In this document: piece after piece, positions 25,201 to 38,841 of the stretch | Layout: every line of letters begins with the position of its first letter | Numbering within the stretch: position 1 is the stretch's first letter | Assembly: GCF_964188315.1 (NCBI RefSeq) | Contig: NC_135667.1 | Location: 11,408,001-11,472,000, forward strand | From: Podarcis muralis | Taxonomy: Eukaryota | Direction of reading: 5' to 3' | Length of the DNA: 64,000 nt | Position numbers and translations under genes: made by a program | The notes under the pieces: generated by a model | The model's database searches: none | Told to the model about the DNA's origin: nothing | The model's input: the letters and a program-made list of their open reading frames with translations, nothing else

Positions 25201-25235
25201 AGCAGCAAGAGAAGCAGCAGCAACAACATCCTCAT
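12387..25235 (-). CDS. V2R gene B, complete six-exon vomeronasal type-2 receptor, 880 aa
   Basis: Exons 25018-25235, 23465-23756, 21236-22111, 16611-16838, 15285-15411, 12387-13288 sum to 2643 bp (881 codons incl. stop). Venus-flytrap, Cys-rich (CCYDCDPC) and 7TM ([32 protein letters not shown]) domains. Confidence 0.95.
13679..14405 (+). mobile_element. L1 3' fragment in gene B intron 5
   Basis: Degenerate [14 protein letters not shown]2 C-terminus; same insertion as 29827-30705. Confidence 0.8.
14432..14782 (+). mobile_element. Sauria SINE (older subfamily), intron 5 of B
   Basis: TSD AATGTTTAGAAT; shared with C, absent in D. Confidence 0.9.
14936..15177. mobile_element. Tc1/mariner (Tigger-like) MITE
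   Basis: TIR CAGTGGTACCTCGGGTTAC, TA TSD; empty in D and E. Confidence 0.85.
15285..15411 (-). CDS. V2R-B exon 5 (Cys-rich domain)
   Basis: 127 bp, hand-translated [42 protein letters not shown]; the ORF track shows only another frame here. Confidence 0.92.
16200..16320 (+). mobile_element. L2 extreme 3' tail with (ATT)n
   Basis: GGAAGCCGCCCAGAGTGGCT...GATGGGCGGGGTATAAAG...ATTATTATT. Confidence 0.6.
16611..16838 (-). CDS. V2R-B exon 4
   Basis: 228 bp, [18 protein letters not shown]...WHRLFTQ. Confidence 0.92.
17021..17398 (-). mobile_element. CR1 LINE 3' end
   Basis: RTRSNGSKL...[14 protein letters not shown]...[10 protein letters not shown]1 C-terminus and (TTCTATGA)-type tail. Confidence 0.9.
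17919..19766 (+). mobile_element. Same non-autonomous L1-type element, copy 2 (~80 bp 5'-truncated, ORF frameshifted)
   Basis: 16-bp TSD TGAAGGGCAGGTGTTA (17903-17918, 19767-19782); ORFs 18673-19077 and 19041-19301 join to the copy-1 protein; A-rich tail. Confidence 0.85.
19830..19985. repeat. Compound (GATA)n/(GACA)n microsatellite (shorter paralog at 2478-2515)
   Basis: Direct reading. Confidence 0.95.
20055..20418 (+). mobile_element. Sauria SINE (young subfamily), intron 3 of B
   Basis: 14-bp TSD TACTATGCTTTAAT. Confidence 0.92.
20498..20639. other. Assembly gap (142 N)
   Basis: N run. Confidence 1.
21236..22111 (-). CDS. V2R-B exon 3
   Basis: 876 bp, ISHGSFEP...VEPWQ. Confidence 0.92.
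22768..23141 (+). mobile_element. Sauria SINE, paralogous to 4698-5078
   Basis: Same flanks and TSD as in gene A. Confidence 0.9.
23465..23756 (-). CDS. V2R-B exon 2
   Basis: 292 bp, canonical splice sites. Confidence 0.92.
24102..24459 (+). mobile_element. Sauria SINE (young subfamily), intron 1 of B
   Basis: TSD TATATGGGATTGA; empty site in A at ~7026. Confidence 0.92.
25018..25235 (-). CDS. V2R-B exon 1
   Basis: MRM-L9 signal peptide, phase-2 donor. Confidence 0.88.
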
Positions 25236-26087
25236 CACAACTATCCTTCTACAGATGGAATCTCCTTTGCTTCTCTACAATATTGTAATTGTCATCAGCC
25301 TAACTTGAACAGGATGTATTTTGTGACCACTGACTCTGCCAATTCTGTACTTAAAGGGGCAGGTATCCACCTGCTCATTAACTTCAATACTGCCACAAAA
25401 AAGTCATCGAATGCTATGATATGACATCTAACCAATACAATGAAAAGCAAAAGCTGGCCTCACCTCTCCTTAGCTTACCTTAGCTCTCTATGGAACACCC
25501 GGGTGCTTTTAATCATTTCAGATTTAATTATTTTTTCTTATTTCCCATTCAGCCTTCTGGAGCTTTTCCAGGTGAATTGATTACCATAATTTTAATAATT
25601 ATAGAGAAGATAATTACTTTTGCAATATTTTTGGACTCTGTGTTGCATCAGCAGTAGGTGAACTGCCAACGTAAACATATTTGTCACATCGCAGAATTAA
25701 TAGTTAGGAAGAAACCTCCAAGGTCTTCTTGTCCTATCTTCTGTCTATTGCAGGACATCCAGAACTAAAAACAGCCCAAGAAAACAAAAAACACTCTACC
25801 TGTAGACAGGCATCCATATTTCACCTAAAAACTCCTCTATCAAACTGTGTTTATAGGGAGCCAACTGCATCCTTTCCCCATTTGTCTAATTTCTGACTGC
25901 TATTGGCCCTGGCACTCTATGACATATGTAACATTGATTCCAGTTGCAACATCTTGGAAACAATGCTGGAAATGTTCCAAACCATATCAGGATATAGAGA
26001 CCCTGTATAATACAGACCCAATACGTTTGAAAGGACATGTATATACTGTTTGAAGCAGAGTGACATGCTTGGGAACACCTAAGACAG

Positions 26088-26552
26088 TGTCAGGGCCTGG
26101 CTGGACGAGGAGAAGGAGTGGCAGCTGGTGGCCCAAGAGGCACCTGAGGGGGAAGGAGACTTTGAACAGGTTCAGACAGGTGGGACAGAGAAGAATCATC
26201 AGCAGAGAGTGAACAGGAAAGAGAGAGGTGTGAGGGAGCCACAGAGGTGATAGAGAAGGAATAGGGGGTGTCTTCTGCTCTGCCATACAGAAGTGATTCA
26301 TTTCCTTCCCTTTCCCCATTCTCGGCGCAGGAACAAAGAGTTGAGAAAAGGCTGGAACAATTAAGAATGGAGGTATAAATAGGGGGTGAAAGGGGCAGGA
26401 ATTTACTTTCTGCAACTGACCTGCTTAGCTCATGGATGTGCCATGTGATGTCTCCTTGGTTACTGAGCTATGAAGTTGATTACTCTCAAGCCCTGCCTTT
26501 TTCTGCTTACATGTTGAACCACAAATGGAAGGGCTTTTCTGGCAGCCTTACA
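26088..26552. mobile_element. Solo LTR (465 bp), paralogous to 9912-10355
   Basis: Same termini and GACAG TSD. Confidence 0.7.
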
Positions 26553-28531
26553 GACAGAGGCTTTTGAGTCCATGGGTCGCTTCTCCAACTACATTCTTTC
26601 TGTGGTACCCCTGTGAGGCTCAGGACCCCAGTTATGTTACCCCTTGCCTGCAGAGCTGGCAGCCTCCCACCTTTTTTTAAAACACCCACCCTTGTGGTGT
26701 TTTCCCTCAGCCTCCTCTCCTCTGCCCTCTCCTTGGGAGTCCTCCAGGAAGCTGATGCTGCTGACCCTGGTTTCTGAGCTGCCCCCTTACCCCAAACAGG
26801 GGTACCTCCTAACACAGCCCTACTGCTAGGAAGCACCCCCTGGCCTGTCCCAGAGACACCATTCATCTGGAGAGCATGTAGCCAAGGCTGTGGAACCCTT
26901 TGGGAGACCGAGTCACAAGAGGGCATCAGGGGAGGGAGGGAAGGAAAGAGGAACAGAGGCTGGTGTTGTCCGCGGCACCCCTGACCATCATTCAAGGCAC
27001 CCCAGTGTAAGGCACTGATAGGCACTGTTATGCCGTCCAGATGTTTTTGGTCTACAGCTTCCATCATCCGTGATAGCAATGGTCTGTTGTAAGCTGGTGG
27101 GAGCTGCAATTCAGCAACATCTGAAGGGCCACAGATTGATGACCCCTGGTGCAAATAAGAGTGGAGTGTAGAATAAGGCTCCATCTCTAGGATGGTATTG
27201 ATCCACTAGGGGTATGTTAGGTATTAGAGACCTCTGAATCTGGAGCAGTCTCTACATATGGCAAGGTGAGTGACTTCATGGCTCCCTGCACAGTCATATG
27301 TTGACTGAGTTAAGAGATTCCAGAAATGTAGAAATCCAGGTTTATACTGGGAATTCTAAAATTGGTTAGAGGTGTCTTTTTGTGCCTGGAAATTCTAGTG
27401 GAATGCCCATATGATTTTCAGTTTGGAGCACTTTTAAATGTTCTGCTTCCACATATAATGAACATCGTAAATGAATACGTACATAAATGTAGGCTCCTCA
27501 AAATGAATCACACAAAACATGACCCATGATTTAATAGAATTACTGTTACCATGAAATTGTCACTTTCCATTCATTTCTTAAAATAATCAATACATGTCGG
27601 GGAATGGTTGGGTTGGTAATGAACATAGAGTCATTTATTGATTGGCTTCCTTGAGGTGTGATGACACAAGCTGGAAACCGAATCTTGAGAGTGGCAGTGG
27701 GCAAGCAATCTTTGGCTGTTACTACTGGATTCTTACCTTCTTCTTCATCCTTACCTAAACATAAAGTGTCTTTACTGCCTGGCTCCCTTCATTTACTTGA
27801 GTGAATTTTTTGAAATGGCTCAGCCTCTTTGCTAGTGCAGTTAGGCATATAGTGAAGACAAAGTATCCCAGATCCAGTCTTCTGCAATTTTATGGCTGTC
27901 TAACATGAACTTGATAGATGATCACCCAAAATAGGGACAATATGGCTTGGGGCATGGTCAAATCTGGAGCACAGCCCTGCTGGATAGACTCATGGACTCA
28001 TAAGACAGCTTCTCAATTTTGTGTGTGTTCCTTTTCATCTCTTCTCTCTGTACCCCATCACCTCCTCCTCAGGAGAGGTTCAGGGCCTCTTGGGGGGCAT
28101 TTCTTTGGATGCAGGAGAAGAAGAGAAATGGAATGTATAGGCATTCAAAGTTTTTGCATATAATCCATGGTTTCTTAAATAAACATAATCCCGTTTCATT
28201 TACATCTCATACGCAACTATGCTGGATATCAAGAACATAGATGATAACACCAGTGATCCCCCCCCCCACCGAGGGGACACAGGGAGATGCATAACCCTAA
28301 ACATTTTGTGAATCTATGGCCTCATTAAGGGGCAGAATTTCAATATTAGGAAAATGAGAGTACCACTAAACATTTTCTCTCCTTTTTATAAAATAAGCAC
28401 TGGATAAGACAATCTCTTCTGTTATTTTCATCATTTCATTTAACCTCACTTCTTGAAAAAACACACAGTGAAATTACCATGCCAACAAGTCTACAGAGTC
28501 TAAATACAGAAACGACAAACTATACTGTTAT

Positions 28532-29433
28532 TTACGTCTTTCTCCGTATCAGCTGCTCTTTGTTATTCAGCTCAGGCCTCACCACAATAATGTAGCATTT
28601 AGGAGAAAAGATGCAACCCAGCAGCCCAGCACTGGAAGCCAAGATGGAGAAGATCTCCACAGCCACCATGTATTTTCCTCTGGTGCTCAAATATGTGGGA
28701 ATAAAGGAGAACCAAACACTGCAGAAGACCAGCATGCTGAAGGTGATGAACTTGGCTTCATTGAAGCTGTCTGGCAACTTCCTGGCTAAGAAGGCCACAG
28801 TGAAGCTGATAATGGCCAGGAAGCCCATGTAGCCTAAAACAGTATAGAACATTAGAACTGACCCCTCATTACATAAGAATATAATTTCTTCAGTCATTGA
28901 GTGCATGTCCACATCTGGGAATGGGGCAGAGGTTGCCAGCCAGAGGGCACAGATTCCCACTTGAATCAAAGAGCAGGAAAGGACGATGGAGTAAGCCAGT
29001 TTTTTGCCTACCCACTTCCTGATTGTGGAATCTGGCTTGGTAGCCATGAATGCCAAAACCACTGAAATAGTCTTGGCCAAGATGCTGGAGAGGGCCACAG
29101 AGAAGACGATGCCAAAACTTGTTTGTCGGAGAAGGCAGGTTGCCTCCTTAGGAGTTCCAATGAACATCAAAGTGCAGAGGAAACACAAGAGAAGGGACAC
29201 AAGGAGAATGTAAGTGAGGCTTCTGTTATTGGCTTTGACAATGGCAGTGTCCCTGTGCTTAATGAAAATGCCAAGTACCATAGCTGTGATTAGAGAGAAT
29301 AAAAGCACAGAGAAAGTTGAAACAATGGCCAAAGTTTCCCCAAAGCCTAGGACGTGTGGTTTCTTGGGAATGCACTGATTCTGCTCTTCATTTGGATATT
29401 GCTCTGGAGGACATCTGGCACAGGTTTCCAATC
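28532..29433 (-). CDS. V2R-C exon 6 (7TM)
   Basis: 902 bp. Confidence 0.95.
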
Positions 29434-32400
29434 CTGAAAAAAGGTGGTATGACAATTGGAATCAATCCAGAATATGCTTTAGCGGGTTTTTTTTTAAATC
29501 ATGAGTTCCCTTACCGTAGTGTTTCCATGAGGATAAGTTTCAAAACTTCTAGTCGAAATGCTTGTGCCCTAGAAGCTTTGAAGATAAAGTTCCCAAGGAA
29601 CCTTGTTCTTAGAATAAAGACCCCAATTCTTTTCCATCCTCCCTCCCCCAAAACCTTGGTTTCTTCCAGGGCAGAATGCATGTACAATTTTTATGTCTTT
29701 TTGTATCAAAACAGAGGGACGGATCTACACTCATAGTGTATATCTATAAAATGTGTTATTAAAATGTGGCAGCACAGCAGTGAGCCACCATCAATGAGAA
29801 ACTGCATTAAACATTAGAGAATATTACCTAACAACAAGGAAACTAGCGCTAATACACCCCGGAACCTCACCAAAATGCTGGAGAGGGTGCACCTCCACAG
29901 GCACATACCTACACATGTGGTGGGAATGCCCCAAAATCCAACTATTCTGGACAACAGCCATACAAGAAATGTAAAATAACTAAGCAAGTATTAGAAATCA
30001 CCCCAGAACTGGCCCTACTAAACATATTCCAAGACAACAATGCCCACTCACATCACAAAGAACTCATAACCCACCTACTCTCAGCAACCACAAACATCAT
30101 AGTCAGACACTGGAAAGACCTGTCAGGAGTAAGCATGGACCAATTGTACCAAATAGTATGGGAAACAGCGCTACTAGAAAAATTAACCAATAAACTGAAA
30201 GTGACACCATGACAAATCGAAGAAGATACCTTCACTCTGGTGTGGCTCCCCTTTATCACATACACAGCCCAACAAGACAATGACAAGAATCCACCAAGAG
30301 CATATGAATCAATATGGCTAACCTGATCCAAAACACCCATCTACTCCCACTCACACACAAAAACAAAGTTCACCACAACCAACCACAAACAAGCAACTGC
30401 ACCCTAGGCCAACCCCAATCTCTCTCACCACCAAAGGAACACATGCAAATAGCAAAGAGCACCTGCACAATCTACACTGACACAAAACCCCACACATACA
30501 TTAAGCAAAATAGAAATATCTCCTCCTGACCCCACCCCCACACACCATGGCCCCCTCCACCTCTTCCCCCCTTTTCTCTTCCTAATGTAACCCTAATGTC
30601 TCAACAAATGAACTGACCTATGGAAAATGTAACTTGAAAAAAGAGACACTGCACATACCTTTGTAAACCAAGAAAACTTTAATAAAAATATATTTTTTCA
30701 AAAAAATTAGAGAATATTATATGCAGAAATGTTTAGAATGGGACGCGGGTGGTGCTGTGGGTTAAACCACAGAGCTTAGGGCTTGTGAGATGAGCGCCGC
30801 AACCCCAGAGTCAGCCACTGCACATACCTTTGTAAACCAAGAAAACTTTAATAAAAATATATTTTTTCAAAAAAAATTAGAGAATATTATATGCAGAAAT
30901 GTTTAGAATGGGACACGGGTGGTGCTTAGGACTTGCCGATCAGAACGTCGGTGGTTTGAATCCCCGTGACGGGGTGAGCTCACTTTGCTCGGTCCCTGCT
31001 CCTGCCAACCTAGCAGTTCAAGAGCACGTCAAAGTGCAAGTAGATAAATAGGTACCGCTCTATCGGGAAGGTAAACGGCGTTTCCGTGCACTGGTCTGGT
31101 TCGCCAGAAGCAGCTTAGTCATGCTGGACACATGACCCTGAAGCTGTACGCCGGCTCCCTCAGCCAATAAAGTGAGACGAGCGCCGCAACCCCAGAGTCA
31201 GCCACGACTGGACCTAATCGTCAGGGGTCCCTTTACCGTTACTTGTAATGTTTAGAATATCAATGTATGTAGGTACACTGATGGAAAATCTTTACATTAC
31301 AGATTACGGTCACATCCTCATGGTATGCTCTCTTGAAGGTTAAGATAATTTCTTCATAGTGGCAGCTTTTACAGAGACAGAAGGGAGATTATTCTACTAC
31401 AGTGGTACCTCGGGTTACGTACTTAATTCGTTCCGGAGGTCCGTTCTTAACCTGAAACTATTCTTAACCAGAAGCACCACTTTAGCTAATGAGGCCTCTT
31501 GCTGCTGCCACGCCGCTGGAGCATAATTTCTGTTCTCATCCTGAAGCAAAGTTCTTAACCCAAGGTACTATTTCTGGGTTAGCAGAGTCCGTAACCTGAA
31601 GCGTATGTAACCCGAGGTACCACTGTATTGTTAATAAACAATATTAATTGAGATTATACAGAGCAAACCCCATTGCCTATTTGCTCAAAATTTCCTAAAA
31701 TAGCTTGTATATGGTTATATGGCATCTCTCACCCTTCTCATTTGAGAACATCCCATGAGGACATGGATCACAATCATAACAACAAAACTTCTTTCCCTCC
31801 TTCTTTTTCTTCTCATAACCAGGAAGACAGTTGGCATTACATAAGGAAAGGGGTGGCACCTATCCAAAGAGACACAAAGAGGTGAATATTAAGAAAAAAG
31901 TTTAAGGGGATTCATCTAACATCAGGTGATCTATCAGTAAATTGGAGGGCCAGAAGTGTTAGCTGTAGGATCCGTATGTGCCCAGGTAGCACAAATAGTT
32001 TGAGAAAAAGTTACAGTTCGAAGCATCATGTAAACACAAGCAGATTATAATGTTCATATCTAGATTGACCATCACTGCAAACCATCAGATTTTTTAATCT
32101 AATACTACTACTGGTTATTTCTTTTGATGGAACTACTTTCTCGTGCCCTTTGCTGCAGGAATTTCACTTGATGTCCCCTTAGTCAACTTCAGGGAGTTGG
32201 GATTTGGAGGTAGTGAAATATTGTGGTTCTGCTCATATTTGGACGGTCCCTACCACTTATACCATTGGAATAAAGTGAAGATGAAGTGAAGATGGTGGGC
32301 AGATGTATTGGGGTGGTGATGGACTGGCTTTACAAAACCAGCTTCATGAAAAGCAGGGAACTACAATACAACGTGCACATAAAATAAGTTGGGACTTCTC

Positions 32401-35400
32401 TACAAAGTCAATGTATAGAGTCTGGTGTCATTTTACAAAAAGAAATATTTCCAATATTTTTCCAATGACCTTTTAAAAAAATATGATTTTGTAGGCAACT
32501 AATGCTTACAAGTTATGGATTGAAAAAAAATGGAAAGATTTGTTAAACTATGGCAGCCGAGATACTCTCAACATATGCAAAAGAATCTCTCCATCCTTCA
32601 TATACAAGGAAATGGGAATGAGATTTATCAAATATTGGTTTAACAATCCTAAAAGCAAAAGGGATGTGGGCATTAAAGTATTGTAAATATGTTTATTACT
32701 TTGAACCTGAAATAGTCAATATCCAAATGGTACTTAAATTTACATTTTATTTATTTATTTATTTTGCACAAACAGGCATTGTTTGAGGTATAACTCAATT
32801 AAGGTAAATCTAATAAATATCTGTTGAAATTTTAAATAATATTGCCATTGAATAGAAAATCAAAAAGTTTGAAACGGGGCCATGGAACAGAAACTCAAAA
32901 AGTTTGCATCTTGTAACCAGTGACTTTCTCCTTGACCATCGGCTCCTGTCCTCCTTGGTCTGTCTATCTACCTTCTTATCTGAATCCCTCCTTCACTTAC
33001 CGCCTTCCTTCCTTCCTTCCTTCCTTCCTTCCTCTGCTGCCCCCCCCCCCACTCTCCAAGTCCTTCTTGGCAGTCTGCTCACACTTATAATAGTGCCACT
33101 GGGCAATTGGGGATGCAGAACCACGCAGATCCTCTGATGACCAATGGCAGCAGCTGGATTCCTCCACTGAGGCACAGAGAGGATCATTCATGCCTTGCCC
33201 AGCAGCCCATGGAGTACATCAAGGGGCAGCTGGGCTCTTAGCCACTCTGAGCAGGGCGTGATTTTGGAGGCTCCTTCTGGGCCTGGGCCCGTGGCAGGGG
33301 CCAACCTGGCAAACAACAACATACACCCCTGCTTCTATCATTCCAACTCAACAATAGTGTCACAAGCAGTATCAAAGAAAACTCATGAAGATTACAATGT
33401 TCATTCACAATGATACAGTTAGCTTAGCATTCTATCTAATGCCACTATGTAGAGAGCTGCCTTGAACAAACAAACATGTTGGACAACACTGTCTGATAGC
33501 CACTGGTCCTTCTTGGTGTGACATGTCTTTTGTGTATATTGCTCTTTTTATGATGTGGTTCATTTGTTTATTTATTAATCAAATTATTAGTAGCAGCATT
33601 ATTAATAGTGGCAGCAGCAGTTGGCAGCACTTCCCTTTTCATCTCATATGGCAAAACTACACGCTCTCCCACTTGTGTGCAGTGATTTCCTTACCTGGGT
33701 GAAGGCTCTGTGCCATTGGATTCTGTCCCCATTTATGGTGAGCTCTTTGCCAGGAGGGGCCTGGGGATCCAGCCTTCCGACTTTGACCCTGATATATGAA
33801 TTATTCGGGAAAGTGACCAGGTTTGTAATATCAAAGCCAGCTGCTAATTTCCCATGTTCATTTAATGTAATTTCATCCCCAGCACTGTTGTTGAATGAGA
33901 TTCTCTGCAGCAATGAGTGGAGCTAGGTGGAAAGAGAATCAGAAGGCCCATCAAATGTTGTAATAGTCTTACAAAGATAAATAGCTTTCCTAGAAGGATT
34001 TAAGTTATTTTCCTCCAGGAGTTATCCACTTCAATCAATATTTCTTTATTACTGTTGTAGACCAACATAAGTAGGGTGGGGTACTGTTATTTAAAACCTG
34101 TAAAATGTTTTGGAAAGCTAAAAAGTATTAAAACAGAAGGTACCGTATTTTTCCATGTATAAGACGATACTCGTCTTATATGCGGATAGTGAATGCAGAA
34201 GGGGGATGTGCGATTAATGGCAGCAGCAAGCAGGGGATTGGCTGTGGCTGCGGCAGTTGGGCAGATGATTGGCGGTTGCAACAAGTGGGCAGGTGGGCTG
34301 TTGGTGGCGGTGAACAGGCAGACAATTGATGGCTGTGGTGAGGTGTGTGATTGGCAGGGGCTGTGGTAAGCGATTGGCAGTGGTGGACAGGCGGGTGAGC
34401 GATTGGCAGAAGTGACCCCCCCCCCCTAAAAGCTAAACAACTTAATTTCTTAATTTTGGGTTTAAAAATATAGGGGTTGTCTTATATATGGAGCGTCTTA
34501 TACATGGGAAAATACGGTATATGAAAAAGTATATAAGAAGCTAAAAGAAGCTAAAAGAAAGGTTAGGAGCATTAAATGTGTGCGGAAGAACATGAAAGAT
34601 TAGTATATAAAAGACTATGGTTATCAATTTACAGAACACTTTGATATGAGTGTTCATTAAATCTGGTCTGTGGCACAGGTTAACCACTTCAGTTCATATT
34701 GGAGAGAAGCCAAATTTCAGTGGTAGGTACAGGAAGAGAGGAAAATCATGAATCAGCATAAACTTAGCAGTCAAGAGACTTCCACGAAGAAGAAGAAGAA
34801 GAAGAAGAAGAAGAAGAAGAAGAAGAAGAAGAAGAAGGAAGAAGAAGAAGAAGTAGAGTAGTTTGGAGTTGATATTCTGCCTTTCACTACCCTAAGGAGT
34901 CTCAAAGCGGTTAACAATCTCATTTCCCTTCCTCCTCACAACAAACACTCTGTGAGGTGAGTGAGGCTGAGAGATTTCAGAGAAGTGTGACTAGCTGAAG
35001 GTCACCCAGCATCTGCATGTGGAGGAGCGGGGAAGTGAACCCAGTTCACCTGATTACGAGTCCACCGCTCTTAACTGCTACACCATGCTGAAAAATATAT
35101 AATAGAGGCATAAGGCTATAGACCTGCTTGTTTCAGATCACCCTTTGTAAATAATTAAGAATTGGAAGGGATTTGAGTTGATGTTCTGGAGACTGAACCC
35201 ACCCTGGTCATGCTGGTCAATGATTTCTGGTGGGACAGAGGTGAAACCTGGTCCTGCNNNNNNNNNNNNNNNNNNNNNNNNNNNNNNNNNNNNNNNNNNN
35301 NNNNNNNNNNNNNNNNNNNNNNNNNNNNNNNNNNNNNNNNNNNNNNNNNNNNNNNNNNNNNNNNNNNNNNNNNNNNNNNNNNNNNNNNNNNNNNNNNNNN

Positions 35401-38400
35401 NNNNNNNNNNNNNNNNNNNNNNNNNNNNNNNNNNNNNNNNNNNNNNNNNNNNNNNNNNNNNNNNNNNNNNNNNNNNNNTAGGTTTAGAAGCTGCTAGAAA
35501 TGTCTAAATTTGTTCACTTGTACTTTACTTTAATAAAATTGAATTTGTCTCCGCTCCAACCAAAACTTTGTCATTTTTGCATGGTAAAATCACAAATTTT
35601 ATGGTCTGTTCTTTAGTAGACTTAAAATCCTTTGCTTCTTTTGGACTACCCCACATTTTCTTCAAAACATTGGTTTGCTACCTACAGTTATCAAAATTTT
35701 CAAAAGCTGGAGTTCCATGCTTTAGATTTTGAAAAATAGGGGGTTCTCAGTAATTAGCTAATTGGAAATCACTGGTCTAATTAAATGCCAGTTGTAAGAC
35801 TGGAACAGCGCCAGTTTTTAATCTTTAAATAGCAGTGAATTTTCCAAACTATTATAAACCTTTCAAGTAGTTGCTGCTATTCTGTCACTTATGAAAGTCT
35901 GTGTAATTTAAAGTCGGCTTAGTATAATTATAGGAAATAAAATAATTTAAGGTTAATCTTTCATGTATTTATTACTTTTAATTATTTAGGTAGGTAGCCA
36001 TGTTGGTCTGACGAAGTAGAAATATATATAAAAAATTATCTAGTAGCATCTTAGAGACCAACTTAGTTTGTTCTTGGTATGAGCTTTTGTTTGCATGCAC
36101 GCTTCTTCAGATACACATCAGATACACTTCTTTTAACTATTAAGGGTTAAGTATTTAATTCGTTCCGGAGGTCCGTTCTTAACCTGAAACTGTTCTTAAC
36201 CTGAAGCACCACTTTAGCTAATGGGGCCTCCTGCTGCCGCCACACCACTGGAGCACGATTTCTGTTCTCATCCTGAAGCAAAGTTCTTAACCTGAAGCAC
36301 TATTTCTAGGTTAGCGGAGTCTGTAACCTGAAGCGTATGTAACCTGAAGCGTATGTAACCCGAAGCACCACTGTAGATGAATGCCAACTCACATTATATT
36401 ATCAACACAGTGCAGAACACTGAATACTTTGCAAGGTGAACATTTTATAAGAGGAAACATTACCTGCCAAGGCTCTACATTCTGAGAAGAGAGTCTGTCT
36501 CCACCCTTTATTCTTTTGCGGATGGCTTCAGATGAGCACCTAATATGTAAGGCCTGTGCCAGAGCATAGACAGCATTATAGATACTGTAGCTGTGACTGG
36601 TCATGCTCATTTCAAAAAATGGTGCAGGAAGGCTCTCCAGCAACTCCTCTCCAGTACATGTGTTTGCTGACGCAGTAGAATTTAAAAGTGAACAACTGAA
36701 TGCTTGTTCCCAGAAATCACTGATAAAACCATCTGCATCTGCCCAGGAAGGCTTTACACTCCTTAGAAAGTCTGAGAAGTCTTGAATCTCCTTGGAGTGA
36801 ATCGCAAAGGAGATAGCACCATGGAACATTCGTATATTAACCTTCACCATTTTTTCAAAATAATATAATATGAAATCAGTTTGGGCTGTTGTAATCCATA
36901 CTCTTCTTTCAGGTTGCTTCCTCTTAGATGGAGGCAATATCAGTTGAATTGTATTCCTTACCTCTATAGCACATGACAACCATAAAATAGATGTACTTTC
37001 TCCATATATAACAATTGCATTTGCTCTGCTTGCCATGAAAGCTGGGGACAAAATCCTTATGTCACCCAGCATATCAAATACGCTACCAGTGAAACGCATA
37101 TTGTTTTCACTTTTTTCTGTGAATTCTGAACAAATTCCATTCTTGAAAAGAATTGGTTCAATGTTCTGAATGAAACGTTCTCCAGCTTCGTTATCTGGAG
37201 TGATGAGCCCGACCCATTTCCATCCAAAATGCAGAAGTAACTGGATAATTCCCTTGTACTGAAGATCTTCACTGGGGACCATGCGGTAGAAGGAAGCAAC
37301 TTTGCTTCGATCATTTGTGGCTGGTTCAAATGAACCATATGAAATCTGAAAAATAAAAAAAGCCAAACCCATCCAAGTGGAAACAAGAATTCACAACACA
37401 CTCATTTATCTGAATATAAATCCTTTATATCTCATATTTCCTAATCTTAGACAGGGCCGACCCCCATTTACATAGAAAATATATTGCTCATTTATTATTG
37501 CAGATATTAATTCCTATTATTATGGGAGTCATCACAGCTGCATACTTGTACACACAGATTCTCTCCAGGAACAGGAGAGCTTTTATCCTTGCACTGCCTT
37601 CAACAATACTCTAAAGTGGACCAGGAGAAAGACAAGCAATTGATCAGGATCTTTTTGTCTATAATCTTTAAAACACTTGTAGAGAGAGGTTGATGGCATT
37701 TCTACTAAGAACTCTTGTGGGAGGATCTCCTGGAAATCCTGTACATTTCATGAATATTGTACATTTTATTTTTCTTTGACCACAATAAACCATATCCTAT
37801 AAAAGTAAAATACCAGCTAAAATTAAGGCAACCAATATGAAGTCCAGTAATGCAGCAGAAAACACCAAATTGGTAGCACCATATCCCTCCCCAAATGCCA
37901 GAAAAAATAACAAGAAATTTGTTTTCGATTAGCCTCTGAAAGTGTATAGTATTAAACATCACCATACATATACAGGGAGTGGATCTTATGATTCCTAGGG
38001 AGAGGGACATTGTTGTCTCAAGTTATTTATGGCTTTGTAATCCAGCTTCAAGGGGATGCAGGTGGCGCTGTGGTCTAAACCACTGAGCCTCTTGGGCTTG
38101 CAGTTCAGAAGAGTTAAAGTAAATTACCAAACCTTCAATTCCAGCATGCGCCAGGCCACCTAAATTAAGTAATTGGGTATTTGATTGATTCATATTGGAA
38201 CTGATGTTATAATTTGGTATTGATACGAGGTGTATATTGGAATTTTGTATTTGAAAACTGATAAAATTATATTTTAAAATTAATGATAATATGTCCCTTT
38301 TATCAAACTGAAACTTTTTGAATAATCCTCCATTAAATATATTATATAAACTTTCTTTAGAACCTAGGTCCTTTCATGTATATTTTTGGGTACTAATATT

Positions 38401-38783
38401 ATACACTTCCGGGCATAATTCAAAGTGTTGGTGCTGACCTTTAAAGCCCTAAATGGCCTCAGTCCAGTATACCTGAAGGAGCGTCTCCACCCCCATCATT
38501 CAGCCTGGACACTGAGGTCCAGCACCAAAGGCCTTCCCTCACTGCGAGAGGCAAAGTTACAGGGAACCAGGCAGAGGGCCTTCTTGGTATTGGCACTCGC
38601 CCTGTGGAATGCACTCCATTCATGTCAAAGAGAATAATAACTACCAGACTTTTAGAAGACATCTGAAGGCAGCCCTGTTTAGGGAAGCTTTTAATGTTTG
38701 ACACACTATTGTATTTTAATATTTTGTTGGAAGCTTCCCAGAGTGGCTGGGGAATCCCAGCCAGATGGGTGGGGTAAAAATGA

Positions 38784-38841
<58 letters not shown>

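Noticed and set aside
26507-27184. 225-aa ORF (160-aa paralog at 10480-10962) with two in-frame indels between copies
   Set aside because: No domain resemblance, overlaps LTR and other repeat-like DNA, and the paralog has a frameshift; two in-frame indels can occur by chance (about 1 in 9).
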